Part shown: positions 10,595-19,794 of the stretch, piece by piece
How the letters are laid out: every line of letters begins with the position of its first letter
Numbering within the stretch: position 1 is the stretch's first letter
DNA from: a virus
Taxonomy: Duplodnaviria; Caudoviricetes
DNA: 28,883 bases
Virus record (IMG/VR): IMGVR_UViG_3300032330_001930
Location: 1 to 28,883 of that record
Strand: one strand, 5' to 3'
Position numbers and translations under genes: made by a program
Notes under the pieces: generated by a model
Seen by the model: only the letters and a program-made list of their open reading frames with translations
Databases searched by the model: none
Told to the model about the DNA's origin: nothing

Positions 10595-12424
10595 TTAACT
10601 TACTACTACTCTACCTTGTATATCTGTGTTAGGATATCTAACTTCAAATATAGCTGGATCTAATGAAGGATAAATATTATTTTTTCTTGTTGCACCAGCA
10701 ATATCATATCCATATTGAGAATATGTTGCTCCCGTAGAATCTTGTTTATTTACTATTTCTAATTTTGGTACTGATTGTACTCCTTTAATTTGCAAAAGTT
10801 TAGATTGAATTTCTGAAAGAGAAATTGGTTGATTTATCTGCCACAAATCTATATTAAAATGGCTTTGTAAAGTGTTTATACAATTAGTTAATATATCTTT
10901 ATTAGAATATCCACTTAAAATAGTAATATCAAAATTAACTCCAATATTAATATAAAAAGCATCTCTAATATTGATAGCATCAGTAACCATTCTGTATTGA
11001 TTAAGATATGTTACTAAATTTTGTTTTAAAGTTGTTGATGCTGTAGTTATTTGTTTTTTACTATTGTATGATAAAACATACAGATCTAAAGATAACGGAT
11101 TAAATTGTTGAGTATGAGATACTGTTTGTTGAGGATTAGAATTAAAATCTTGTGAAATATAGGCTTTAGAAACAACACCATAATTTGAAGGCATAGATAA
11201 TGCTCTAACTATATAGTCATCTTTAGTTACAGCTCTTAATTGAGTTGAGTAAGCATATAAAGCATTTTGTCTAATTTCGTCGATAGTATCTCCATCTCTA
11301 CCACCTGAAGATGGATCTGCATTATTAGAAGCAATACTTGATAATACAGAACCTGATAAAGGACCTGCAGTATTTTTAAAGTAAACTTTTGAAGCATCCA
11401 ATATAGTTAAATCATTAGATGGGATATTTGATGAAATTCCCCCACCTACAAGATATTGTACTGTTAATGAACCTGAAGGAGCTAATCCATACTCTTGAGT
11501 AAAGAAAGTAGAAGCATCATTGTAGTTACTACCTAGCAATGAAATTCCAGGTACACTTCCTGCTTTAATACTATCAGGAGTTGGAATAATTTGATTATCT
11601 GTTTTATTAGTTGATAAACCTGCTCCAAATTCTAATTGTAAAGTTCCGTCTGATAAAAATCTAGATACAAAACGTCTAGGTACTCTTTGTAATTGTAATA
11701 AATAAGGTACTTGATCTGTGCTATATGAAGGGTTAGCAACTTTTTGAAATATAGAAGATTGAGCTAAATAAGGTACTTCATACCAATTATTACCATTACT
11801 ACCTGTAACATTTAATATTTGTAATATGTTTGTATCACTTATAGTTGCTGTGGCAAATTTTTGATTTGCAGGTATATTAATTGTACTTGATTTTAATTCA
11901 GCTGAAATAGCATCAACTTGTTTTTTAAATAAAAAATAGTTACTATTGTAATAAGTAATTTCAGTACTACCCGTATCTGTAAAATCTACTTGATCTAAAG
12001 TTATAAATTTAGTACCTGTACTAACTGAAGTAATAGTTGTCGATTCAGGAATTATTAATCCATAAGTATTATAATCTGGAGTTGTGACACTACCGCTAGT
12101 AATAGCAGGAATTAATTGATATAAATCAATAGTAGTACTAGAAGCATATGATGCTTTAGGGCGATAACCCATTACATATGATTGAGCGTATAAATTTTCT
12201 TTTTCTTTAGCGTACAATAAAAAATTCTCTTGTACTTGAGTATCTAAATAAAATGACATTACATCACCCACATAAGAAGACATTTCAATAAACATATTTC
12301 CTGGTGTTGCTTCTGAGAAGTCATTATACGTTGTTGGAAAATATGTTTTAGCATATTGTTGTAATGCTGATTTAAAATCAGTAAAACTTTTATTTAAATA
12401 GGATACGTTATTATCGTTAGTCAT
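10595..12424 (-). CDS. Baseplate wedge subunit (T4 gp6/baseplate J-like)
   Basis: YLNKSF..FK..L..YAKTYFP..YNDF, SYVGDVMSFYLD, GGRDGDTIDEIRQNA, QLRAVTKDDY. Confidence 0.88.
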   Translation of the reverse strand: MTNDNNVSYLNKSFTDFKSALQQYAKTYFPTTYNDFSEATPGNMFIEMSSYVGDVMSFYLDTQVQENFLLYAKEKENLYAQSYVMGYRPKASYASSTTIDLYQLIPAITSGSVTTPDYNTYGLIIPESTTITSVSTGTKFITLDQVDFTDTGSTEITYYNSNYFLFKKQVDAISAELKSSTINIPANQKFATATISDTNILQILNVTGSNGNNWYEVPYLAQSSIFQKVANPSYSTDQVPYLLQLQRVPRRFVSRFLSDGTLQLEFGAGLSTNKTDNQIIPTPDSIKAGSVPGISLLGSNYNDASTFFTQEYGLAPSGSLTVQYLVGGGISSNIPSNDLTILDASKVYFKNTAGPLSGSVLSSIASNNADPSSGGRDGDTIDEIRQNALYAYSTQLRAVTKDDYIVRALSMPSNYGVVSKAYISQDFNSNPQQTVSHTQQFNPLSLDLYVLSYNSKKQITTASTTLKQNLVTYLNQYRMVTDAINIRDAFYINIGVNFDITILSGYSNKDILTNCINTLQSHFNIDLWQINQPISLSEIQSKLLQIKGVQSVPKLEIVNKQDSTGATYSQYGYDIAGATRKNNIYPSLDPAIFEVRYPNTDIQGRVVVS

Positions 12425-12426
12425 TA

Positions 12427-12837
12427 TTATGTGAATTGTACTGTTACTTGGTCTGGTGTTTGAGATATATTTAAGAAGTAGTTAATAGTTAAACTTATTG
12501 TGTTATAGTCTGTATCAGGTTCTATAACTATTTCACTTACTGTAACTTCAGGAATATATATTGATATACTATTTAATATGTTACTTTTTAAAGCATCAAT
12601 ATTTTGGCTAGTAATCCCCTCAAATAAAAATCTTTTTAAATTACACCCAAAATTAGGATTCATAACTCTTTCACCTATATCAGTTAATAATAAATTAACT
12701 AAATTAGATTTAATTTGATCTTTAGTTGAAAAAGTTGATCTAAATACTCCAGGTCCATCAAAAGGCAATGCTACCCCAATAGCAATATTCTTCTGTAAAT
12801 CTAACGGATTTACTCGTATCGTTTGAGGTATTGGCAT
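12427..12837 (-). CDS. Baseplate wedge/sheath initiator (T4 gp25-like)
   Basis: QIKSNLVNLLLTDIGERVMNPNFGCNL..FLFE motif. Confidence 0.92.
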   Translation of the reverse strand: MPIPQTIRVNPLDLQKNIAIGVALPFDGPGVFRSTFSTKDQIKSNLVNLLLTDIGERVMNPNFGCNLKRFLFEGITSQNIDALKSNILNSISIYIPEVTVSEIVIEPDTDYNTISLTINYFLNISQTPDQVTVQFT

Positions 12838-12838
12838 A

Positions 12839-13204
12839 TTATCCTAAATTTCTTAATCCTTGTCTATCCATTGGAGTCATATTAGCAGCAGCATCATTAA
12901 TGAAGGCTAAATACGGATTTACAGGTTCACCTGTACTTTCGTCAACAGCATTAATTACTTCTAATTTTGGTGCCGATGGTTGGAAGCCAAATGCTTCACC
13001 CATTTGTGCTGCTAATTGGCTACGTACTCCACCTGGTAATGGGTTTGTAGGTACATTAGCGCTAGTAAAATTCATTACTTTACCTTCACGTAATGTTTTT
13101 TTATCTTGTTTAGCCATATGCTCTTCAAGAATGTATGGTAACTCTTCATGAATAGCATCAATTACTGCTTCTTTAATTAACTTTTTAAATACTTTGATGT
13201 TCAT
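12839..13204 (-). CDS. Hypothetical protein
   Basis: Tightly packed ORF with ATATTTAT immediately upstream. Confidence 0.75.
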   Translation of the reverse strand: MNIKVFKKLIKEAVIDAIHEELPYILEEHMAKQDKKTLREGKVMNFTSANVPTNPLPGGVRSQLAAQMGEAFGFQPSAPKLEVINAVDESTGEPVNPYLAFINDAAANMTPMDRQGLRNLG

Positions 13205-13208
13205 AGTT

Positions 13209-13216
13209 ATAAATAT
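13209..13216 (-). promoter_or_regulatory. Putative late promoter ATATTTAT
   Basis: Occupies most of a 13-nt intergenic gap. Confidence 0.55.
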
Positions 13217-13217
13217 T

Positions 13218-14495
13218 TTATCCTTGTAAATTCTTTTGGTCTATTATAAGTTTTAATTGTTCTACTAATGTTTGTGGGTCTTGAGTAAATGAATATTCAC
13301 TTCTTAAAACACTAACTCCATCACGGTTAATCGCTACGGCATAGTGTCTTTTAATTCCTTTTACAGTAACGGCTTGGTGTGCTCCTAATGTTTGTTCTTC
13401 CTTAATTTCAAATTTAAACCCTTTATATTCAGGTACATTATTAAAATCACCTAAACTTAATGAATCTTTTAAACTAGTTAATTCTTGATTATCTAAAAGA
13501 TTAGTTTTATCATCTAATAATTGATTAACATCGTGTAATCTACTAATTAATTCTTCTAAATTAGCAATTTCATTTTCTAATATTAATGTAGCTATAGCTG
13601 TTATAACGTTTAAAGAAACTATTAATGCAGATGCTTTTTCTAATTGCTTAATAATTCTAGTAATTAAACTTACTGGTATACCAATACCTGGAGGTATAGA
13701 TGTTGGGATAGGGATTGCTGATAATATTGCAACTATTATTGTAAATATAGTTATATATAAATCCAGTTGTTGAATTACTTTTTCTATATTTTGTAATTTT
13801 TTAATACTATTATTAATTAAAGCAATCGTATTGTTTCTTAAATTAATCGCTATTTGAATTGTTTCAGGAGTATTAGCTTGATCAATATAATCATTTACTT
13901 GGTTTACTAAATCTTCTAATTTACTTCTTTGAGATAAAACAGATGCAAATTGATTTGATAATTGTAAGGCAACAATAGGAGCTAATGTTTTAGCTGCGTT
14001 TTTTAAAACCTTTTTAATTTTACCTCTTTTAGCTAATGTACGTTTCTTTTTAAGATTTGTTTTAAGAGATTTAATATTAGTTTTTAATCTTAAAGCAGCA
14101 TCTTTAGCTTTTCTATAAGGATCAGCAATTATATTTGCTATATCTTTTTTAAGTTTTGTTATTTGATCATCTAAAATTTTTACTTGAAGATCATAAGCTT
14201 TATTTTCTGCTGCTACTGCTGCATTATATTGTTCATCTGTGATTTCTTTATTCTTATGAAGAATCTCTAATCTTTTTAATTCATTAGGATGATCTAATTT
14301 TAATTGAGACTCTGTAGCTATTATATTAGTAAGGTCTTTTTCTAATTGAGCTAACTTACCTATAGCAACAGCCAATACAACTTGTTTAGCTTTATTTACT
14401 GCTTGATCTCCAAAAGTTTTAATAGCAGTAGATGATGATATATTTTTTAATACATCAGGAGAAATAACAGAAGATACATTTGTATTAGTAGACAT
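13218..14495 (-). CDS. Coiled-coil protein with hydrophobic hairpin, probably virion-associated
   Basis: Long helical heptads; YITIFTIIVAILSAIPIPTSIPPGIGIP hydrophobic segment; coupled to the gp5-like gene. Confidence 0.6.
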   Translation of the reverse strand: MSTNTNVSSVISPDVLKNISSSTAIKTFGDQAVNKAKQVVLAVAIGKLAQLEKDLTNIIATESQLKLDHPNELKRLEILHKNKEITDEQYNAAVAAENKAYDLQVKILDDQITKLKKDIANIIADPYRKAKDAALRLKTNIKSLKTNLKKKRTLAKRGKIKKVLKNAAKTLAPIVALQLSNQFASVLSQRSKLEDLVNQVNDYIDQANTPETIQIAINLRNNTIALINNSIKKLQNIEKVIQQLDLYITIFTIIVAILSAIPIPTSIPPGIGIPVSLITRIIKQLEKASALIVSLNVITAIATLILENEIANLEELISRLHDVNQLLDDKTNLLDNQELTSLKDSLSLGDFNNVPEYKGFKFEIKEEQTLGAHQAVTVKGIKRHYAVAINRDGVSVLRSEYSFTQDPQTLVEQLKLIIDQKNLQG

Positions 14496-15670
14496 TATGC
14501 TGTAAAGTTTTGTTGTGAAACAATTGCATTTAAATTATTTGCTATCCTTTCTAGATCATTCATAAGGTTTTCACCAGCAGTATTAACGTCAAGAGCAGGA
14601 GCACCTTCAGGACTACCTACTACAGCAGATAAACTACAACCTAAATCAAATAATGCTAATACCATATTTGATAATAAAGCAACTGTTTTATCTCCTAATA
14701 ATAAAGGTTCAGTTGGTAAAGTGTTATTTACAGTACCTAAAAAAATCTTTCCACTATTAAGATGTATTCTTTCGTCTGCATTTAAGTTAATAATATTTTT
14801 AGTACTTAACTCAATATTAGTTTTAGCAAACAACATTACTTCATCCTTTTTAGAATTTAAAACTATTCTATCACTATTAACAATAATTTGTGAATCAATA
14901 TATTTTGAAATTTCTATAGGATTAGTAAGTGGGTTTACAGAACCTATTTTATCAACTTGTAGAGGAATACTTTGAGCTGAGGTTAGGTAGATTGAAGATA
15001 AATCTTTATTAATTTGTTCTGTATAAGTTAAACTACCAGATTTAAATGCAAACCCATTAGTTAATATAGTAATAGGATCAGTACCATTACCTACAGAACT
15101 CCATTCATTTAAATTTCCAAAAACTTTAGATGTTGTACTAAATCTTAATCCAGAACCTTGTCTTCCTTGAACTATATAATCTCCTTGAAATGGAAATAAA
15201 GGTCGAACATTTGGGTTTTGAATAAAATCTAACCACTTTCCATCTCCTGTAGTTGCATTTTGTTGAATACTACTCCAAGCCCCAATAACATTTAAATAAT
15301 AAGATTTAATAGCAGTCTTATTAACTTTAGCATCAGCCGATGGAAAATCTTTCTTAATCCAAACTAGTTCACTCTTTAAAGGAACATGAGATGTTTGAAA
15401 AGAAATTGGGTATGCTATATCATATTTGTTATAATCAACATCTGTTAAACTTCCTGTAATTCGTACAGGACCGTTAGTATTCACCTCAGCATAAAGTACA
15501 GCCCCTATAACTTTATTAGCTCTATTATATTGTGATGGTGTAGGTAAATCAACACCACTAATAACTTCTACTACTTGACCTATAATAGAAGGTAAATTAT
15601 TAGATTGAAAAGTACTTGGTATACTATTTAATATGTTAACTAATCCTTCTGGACGAGGTGAACTTCCCAT
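14495..15670 (-). CDS. Baseplate central spike/hub (gp5/gpV-like)
   Basis: N-terminal OB-like AYP...PLKSELVW; GDYIVQGRQGSGLRF; C-terminal beta repeats IIVNSDRIVLNSK...INLNADERIHLNSGKIFLG...EPLLLGD. Confidence 0.7.
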   Translation of the reverse strand: MGSSPRPEGLVNILNSIPSTFQSNNLPSIIGQVVEVISGVDLPTPSQYNRANKVIGAVLYAEVNTNGPVRITGSLTDVDYNKYDIAYPISFQTSHVPLKSELVWIKKDFPSADAKVNKTAIKSYYLNVIGAWSSIQQNATTGDGKWLDFIQNPNVRPLFPFQGDYIVQGRQGSGLRFSTTSKVFGNLNEWSSVGNGTDPITILTNGFAFKSGSLTYTEQINKDLSSIYLTSAQSIPLQVDKIGSVNPLTNPIEISKYIDSQIIVNSDRIVLNSKKDEVMLFAKTNIELSTKNIINLNADERIHLNSGKIFLGTVNNTLPTEPLLLGDKTVALLSNMVLALFDLGCSLSAVVGSPEGAPALDVNTAGENLMNDLERIANNLNAIVSQQNFTA

Positions 15671-15671
15671 A

Positions 15672-16055
15672 TTATTTTTCTAATTGAATGATTGGAGTTT
15701 GTTCTAGTAATTTTTGTCCTTGTTCTTGTACTACTTTTTGTTCTTCTAATAAAGCTTCAATTTCACTCATATCAAACAATTCCCCACCATTATTATTGCT
15801 AACAGTAGCAGCACGTTGTGCTATAGCTGCCATTTTAATTAATTGTTCGTTATTCTTTACGTTAACATCAATTAAATCTTTAACAGTAGGCATCAACATT
15901 GTTGCGGAACCTGCGTTAGCGGTTGCCATAGGTTTCATAGTATCAATGAAATCACCGATTTGCTTATCAATGTCTTTATTATTCTTATGTATTTGTTTGA
16001 ACAGATCCGATAAAGACGTGTTACCGAATACTGTCACGTCGTCAAAATTAGCCAT
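15672..16055 (-). CDS. Helical hypothetical protein
   Basis: ORF with the late motif upstream; function not recognised. Confidence 0.75.
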   Translation of the reverse strand: MANFDDVTVFGNTSLSDLFKQIHKNNKDIDKQIGDFIDTMKPMATANAGSATMLMPTVKDLIDVNVKNNEQLIKMAAIAQRAATVSNNNGGELFDMSEIEALLEEQKVVQEQGQKLLEQTPIIQLEK

Positions 16056-16070
16056 AAATTGCGTTTATCA

Positions 16071-16078
16071 ATAAATAT
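16071..16078 (-). promoter_or_regulatory. Putative late promoter ATATTTAT
   Basis: Intergenic, between the sigma gene and the structural operon. Confidence 0.55.
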
Positions 16079-16084
16079 AAACAA

Positions 16085-16867
16085 CTAAATCTTTATATAT
16101 CCATGCTCATAATACTCATTATACAGTCGAGTACGTAATGTATCTAACTTTTTAATAATTTTAGTTATCTGAGGAGTAGATACATCTGTCATTTCACGAA
16201 TGTATATATATAGAGCCTTTTTATTAAATATCTCTAGCGTTTCACGCTTACGAAATAATTCAATAATAGCATCTGCTGTTTGAGCATCGTGTTGTTTAGG
16301 GAATAATGTGTGGATGTGTTTATCAATGTATTTGATATACTGATTGATGAATAGATTTGGAGAATGCATCTCGTCAATAGCATCCATTGATTCGTATAAT
16401 TGAGTTTTGTCCTCATCAATTTCCTCTACATCAGCTTTTTCTTGTAATTTCTTGTAATTGTTCTCATTATATACAATTAAATAACGTTTAGCAATAGTAC
16501 CAAAGTAACTAAATGCTTTACCTTTTTCAGCCTTATATAAATGGAGTTTTTCAAGAAGGAATGTAATAACCTCATGTTTTAATTCCTCAATTGTATCTGT
16601 ATCGGTATAATAGAATTTAAACGTATGAATAATATTCTCCGCTAACTTATAAAAACCATATTTAATACGATCATTATAAATTTGATTACGTTTAGCCGTA
16701 TCGACAGTAGCTAAGTACTCGATAATAGCATCCTCAGTATCTTGAGTAAAATAAATTCTTGGTTCTTTCGGTTTACGCTTACGAGGTTTACCGTGTTTAG
16801 TTAAAGCGATTACTTCGTCATCACTACCGAAAATATCGTAGTCATAATCTTCTTCATAATATGCCAT
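16085..16867 (-). CDS. Phage RNA polymerase sigma factor for late transcription (T4 gp55-like)
   Basis: YF....E.AIIEY...YKLAENII..FKFY...ELKHE...KL..Y...KGKAFSYFGTIAKRYL (sigma region 2-like). Confidence 0.8.
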   Translation of the reverse strand: MAYYEEDYDYDIFGSDDEVIALTKHGKPRKRKPKEPRIYFTQDTEDAIIEYLATVDTAKRNQIYNDRIKYGFYKLAENIIHTFKFYYTDTDTIEELKHEVITFLLEKLHLYKAEKGKAFSYFGTIAKRYLIVYNENNYKKLQEKADVEEIDEDKTQLYESMDAIDEMHSPNLFINQYIKYIDKHIHTLFPKQHDAQTADAIIELFRKRETLEIFNKKALYIYIREMTDVSTPQITKIIKKLDTLRTRLYNEYYEHGYIKI

Positions 16868-16887
16868 CTGCTATTGTAGTTTTAATA

Positions 16888-16919
16888 ACAGTATACGAAA
16901 AGAAAGGAACGTAACCAAA
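16888..16919 (-). promoter_or_regulatory. Host-type promoter for the sigma gene
   Basis: TTTG-N20-TATACTGT on the minus strand. Confidence 0.55.
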
Positions 16920-17198
16920 TTAGTTTTTACGAATATTGAATTGACTTACAAGAGTTTGTATTTCCTTTAAATTTTGAAAGAAAGTACCTACTTCATCATC
17001 CGCTTGGAATGCTCCTTGTAAATCCAATTCCTTTAATCTAGCCTCACCATCAGCAGCAATAATACCAATTGCATCAATATATTCTTGTTGTTGTGTAAAA
17101 GCCTTTTCTAAAGCATTGTTACGTCTAATAAGTAAAATAGCTCCAATAATAGCTATCTCAATTAAGTGGATTATAACCACCCACAAAGCAATTATCAT
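16920..17198 (-). CDS. Small membrane-anchored coiled-coil protein
   Basis: N-terminal hydrophobic helix followed by RR and a helical region. Confidence 0.75.
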   Translation of the reverse strand: MIIALWVVIIHLIEIAIIGAILLIRRNNALEKAFTQQQEYIDAIGIIAADGEARLKELDLQGAFQADDEVGTFFQNLKEIQTLVSQFNIRKN

Positions 17199-17204
17199 AA
17201 TAAA

Positions 17205-17408
17205 TTATTGTCTAGGTGCAAATTGTTGTTCAAAATCATCAGATTCAATAGAAACTATTTCACGAATAGATTCAATTTGTTCTTTTAATTTTTCAATAGA
17301 TTCATTTACATCGTTTTGTGAACCACCTCTATTTACTTGAATTTCAACTCTGTTTACAGTTGTTCCTAATTGTACTAATTTATCAAGTACATTGTTTTTA
17401 TATCTCAT
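17205..17408 (-). CDS. Hypothetical coiled-coil protein
   Basis: ORF with ATATTTAT at 17424-17431 upstream. Confidence 0.7.
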   Translation of the reverse strand: MRYKNNVLDKLVQLGTTVNRVEIQVNRGGSQNDVNESIEKLKEQIESIREIVSIESDDFEQQFAPRQ

Positions 17409-17508
17409 AGTATATGTTTATATATAAATATATGTGTTTTTCTGTTCCCGCAATCCCGGCTACCATTCCCGTTTTTCCCCATCCTACCTATTCAAACCAA
17501 CCGTAGGT

Positions 17509-17540
17509 GTAAGTTACAAAAGAAATTTTATACTTCCAAA
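17509..17540 (-). promoter_or_regulatory. Host-type promoter
   Basis: TTTG-N20-TAACTTAC directly after a terminator. Confidence 0.55.
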
Positions 17541-17548
17541 TTTTTCAT

Positions 17549-17576
17549 AAAAAAAGCCGCTTGACTAGAGCGGCTT
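17549..17576 (-). terminator. Rho-independent terminator
   Basis: AAGCCGCT-CTAGTCA-AGCGGCTT hairpin running into a T7 tract on the minus strand. Confidence 0.85.
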
Positions 17577-17607
17577 ATCTTTTATATGACTACCTATTTG
17601 CAAAAAG

Positions 17608-17859
17608 CTATTTTTTATAATTTTTTAATTCTTCACGAACCATTGCTCTAAGTTGTTCTTTAACTTGATTAATTTTAGGAGAGCGCTTTAAAACAGTATT
17701 AATTGTATTAATTGTTTCGGGATCTTCAACAGTAAATTCAAACGTATCGTTTAATTTATTATCTGTTATTTCAAAGCTATCAACATTAACACCTAAATGT
17801 TGCATGTGATTAAGAAAAGCTGCTTTGTCTTCTAATTTTATTGTGTAATGTTTTGCCAT
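17608..17859 (-). CDS. Hypothetical protein (start revised to MAKHY)
   Basis: ATATTTAT at 17864-17871 precedes ATG 17859; terminator downstream. Confidence 0.75.
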   Translation of the reverse strand: MAKHYTIKLEDKAAFLNHMQHLGVNVDSFEITDNKLNDTFEFTVEDPETINTINTVLKRSPKINQVKEQLRAMVREELKNYKK

Positions 17860-17934
17860 GTCTATAAATATCAATTTTTAATTTCCTGCTCAAGTTGCTG
17901 TTGCCTTCACTTAGACTACTCTTATACGTATATA

Positions 17935-18198
17935 CTATAGGTTTAAGTTTTTTAGGTCCTCTAACCAATCGTTTTCGGTCCTATTATCCCATCTTACACT
18001 CACACCGTCAATAGATTTACGAACATATGTAAACGAAGTATCACCCAACATACGAAAATAAGTAATTATATCCCACTTTGGATCGAGTGGATCGGGGTGA
18101 AGAGCATAATAATTAGCTTTCTGACACACGAGTGGATCTGTATTGGGAACTATCTCATACAACCCAGTATTTAAATCATCTGATGTAATACGTTTCAT
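17935..18198 (-). CDS. Hypothetical protein
   Basis: A-rich leader; GGCA-N11-TATATTAC promoter at 18222-18244. Confidence 0.7.
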   Translation of the reverse strand: MKRITSDDLNTGLYEIVPNTDPLVCQKANYYALHPDPLDPKWDIITYFRMLGDTSFTYVRKSIDGVSVRWDNRTENDWLEDLKNLNL

Positions 18199-18253
18199 TA
18201 ACTTATTTGTTTATTTACTGGGTAATATAGGTAAGAGTCGTGCCGTACACACA

Positions 18254-18433
18254 CTATTCCATCGAACCCGATATATGATCGTGTATTTGTTGTACAACAT
18301 CTTGATGTAGTATTGCGGCGTCCCACTCTTCAAGTGTAAGACCATGTTGTTTTGCTGTTTCCTCACGTAATTGACGCGCGTATATTTCAAACGCTTCTTT
18401 CGTCAATAATATTTCACCTGTATATTTTTTCAT
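18254..18433 (-). CDS. Hypothetical protein (start revised to MKKYTGE, 59 aa)
   Basis: The longer version in the track extends into a non-coding GC-rich island. Confidence 0.6.
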   Translation of the reverse strand: MKKYTGEILLTKEAFEIYARQLREETAKQHGLTLEEWDAAILHQDVVQQIHDHISGSME

Positions 18434-18589
18434 ACCAATACATATATACTTTTGTCGACACAAAAGATCGTTTAAAAGGAGATTTTGGAGTTTTATAAAT
18501 GTGGCGCAAAGGGGTTTAAATGGACTTGTGGATATGCGTATATACTGTCGGGGTGTAGAGATTGTATTTCTGTTGAGAATACACCCAGC

Positions 18590-18754
18590 TTTGCCCTTTT
18601 TTGTGCGCGCCGTCGATGGACCGCAATTGGCGTGGGAGCGATCCGCGCACATCCCGCTATCGGGTCGCTATCATCCGCGATCGTCTCGATCTAGCGAACC
18701 TTTTTGTACGCCGCGCGGTGCCGCGCGTCCTTTTGTACGACGCGCGCTTGCCGG
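18590..18754. repeat. GC-rich palindrome/repeat island
   Basis: Three CCTTTT(T)GTRCG-type repeats followed by CG-rich tails; inverted repeats GTGCGCG/CGCGCAC, CCCG/CGGG, TCGCTA/TAGCGA, CGCGCGTC/GACGCGCG. Confidence 0.7.
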
Positions 18755-18883
18755 TTACTCGTGCATATTCTTGTCATGCTTGTACTCAGTGGCGATAACC
18801 ACTATTAATCGCGCTACACCGTATAGGAACCCAACGAATAATGTTAATTGGAATATTGCTAATGATAATTGTAATGTGCTCAT
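18755..18883 (-). CDS. Small membrane peptide (42 aa), not in the ORF track
   Basis: MSTLQLSLAIFQLTLFVGFLYGVARLIVVIATEYKHDKNMHE with an A-rich leader. Confidence 0.65.
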   Translation of the reverse strand: MSTLQLSLAIFQLTLFVGFLYGVARLIVVIATEYKHDKNMHE

Positions 18884-18904
18884 TATATTTAATTTATTAT
18901 ATTA

Positions 18905-19120
18905 TTATTTTAATTTGATACCTACCTCAGCCATCATACGTTTATACTCGTCAGGTGATTCATCACCGTAGCCGTCTGGGTTGCTATTATCATCACCCAT
19001 ACCTAGTTCATCTAGTATCATTTGCGCTTCTGCTTTTGATACCCATCCATTACCATCTACATCAACTATGTTTCCTACATAGTACATGTCGTTCATGTTC
19101 ATTAAATCGTTTACGTTCAT
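18905..19120 (-). CDS. Small acidic hypothetical protein
   Basis: Own promoter (19149-19180) and AAAATTAAAACAT leader. Confidence 0.8.
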   Translation of the reverse strand: MNVNDLMNMNDMYYVGNIVDVDGNGWVSKAEAQMILDELGMGDDNSNPDGYGDESPDEYKRMMAEVGIKLK

Positions 19121-19148
19121 ATGTTTTAATTTTAATTATTTATTATAC

Positions 19149-19180
19149 CGTGAATATACACTGTTAGTTTTGACCATCAA
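19149..19180 (-). promoter_or_regulatory. Early promoter repeat
   Basis: TTG..GTCA-N12-TATATTCACG. Confidence 0.7.
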
Positions 19181-19409
19181 CGGTTTGTTTACTTACCATT
19201 CGAATGCGCTTAATCGCTTCATTATACTCAGTCGCTACCGACTTCAGGTTACTCACTAGCTCGCGTTTAGCGTCTGCGAACTTGAAGAACGTGGTGTGTA
19301 GGTTGTCTACGTGCTCTCTGGCTACCATCTTCACCACTATATTACTGTAGCACCCATCATGATCGATGCTATATGCTTTAACTACTTTAGTCCAATCTTT
19401 ACGTTTCAT
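19164..19409 (-). CDS. Hypothetical protein (start revised to MKRKDW)
   Basis: Promoter and leader lie within the N-terminal extension given in the track. Confidence 0.8.
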   Translation of the reverse strand: MKRKDWTKVVKAYSIDHDGCYSNIVVKMVAREHVDNLHTTFFKFADAKRELVSNLKSVATEYNEAIKRIRMVSKQTVDGQN

Positions 19410-19430
19410 ACTGTTTAATTTTAATTGTGA

Positions 19431-19456
19431 CGTCAATATACGAACCGAACTATGCC
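19431..19456 (-). promoter_or_regulatory. Early promoter repeat
   Basis: GGCA-N12-TATATTGACG. Confidence 0.75.
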
Positions 19457-19737
19457 GCAGCACATTTCGGTGTATACTGAGTATTATAACGCTCGATAAT
19501 CGGTTTCATGTGATCATTGATCTTATCAGCATCGGCCTTCGTCTCATCACTAGCCCAATTAAACGTTACTGCGTCTTGATAACTACGGTTCCATTCAATC
19601 GATTCATCAATGTTGTTCTCTGGTTTACAGAATGATATTGAACCATGGAATCCATCGTCCTCGATCACATAACCTAACAACTGAGCATACGCACATACTT
19701 CCCTTGTAATAGCGTTTTTAATTTCTTTCTTATTCAT
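19450..19737 (-). CDS. Hypothetical protein
   Basis: Own promoter and leader; stop codon lies inside the next promoter. Confidence 0.8.
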   Translation of the reverse strand: MNKKEIKNAITREVCAYAQLLGYVIEDDGFHGSISFCKPENNIDESIEWNRSYQDAVTFNWASDETKADADKINDHMKPIIERYNTQYTPKCAAA

Positions 19738-19755
19738 ATTTTAATTTTTTAACAC

Positions 19756-19785
19756 CGTCAATATACGAGTGGGGCCTTGCCCCAC
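19756..19785 (-). promoter_or_regulatory. Early promoter repeat overlapping a 7-bp hairpin
   Basis: GGCA-N12-TATATTGACG; GTGGGGC-AAG-GCCCCAC stem at 19769-19785. Confidence 0.7.
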
Positions 19786-19794
19786 CCCATTCCA

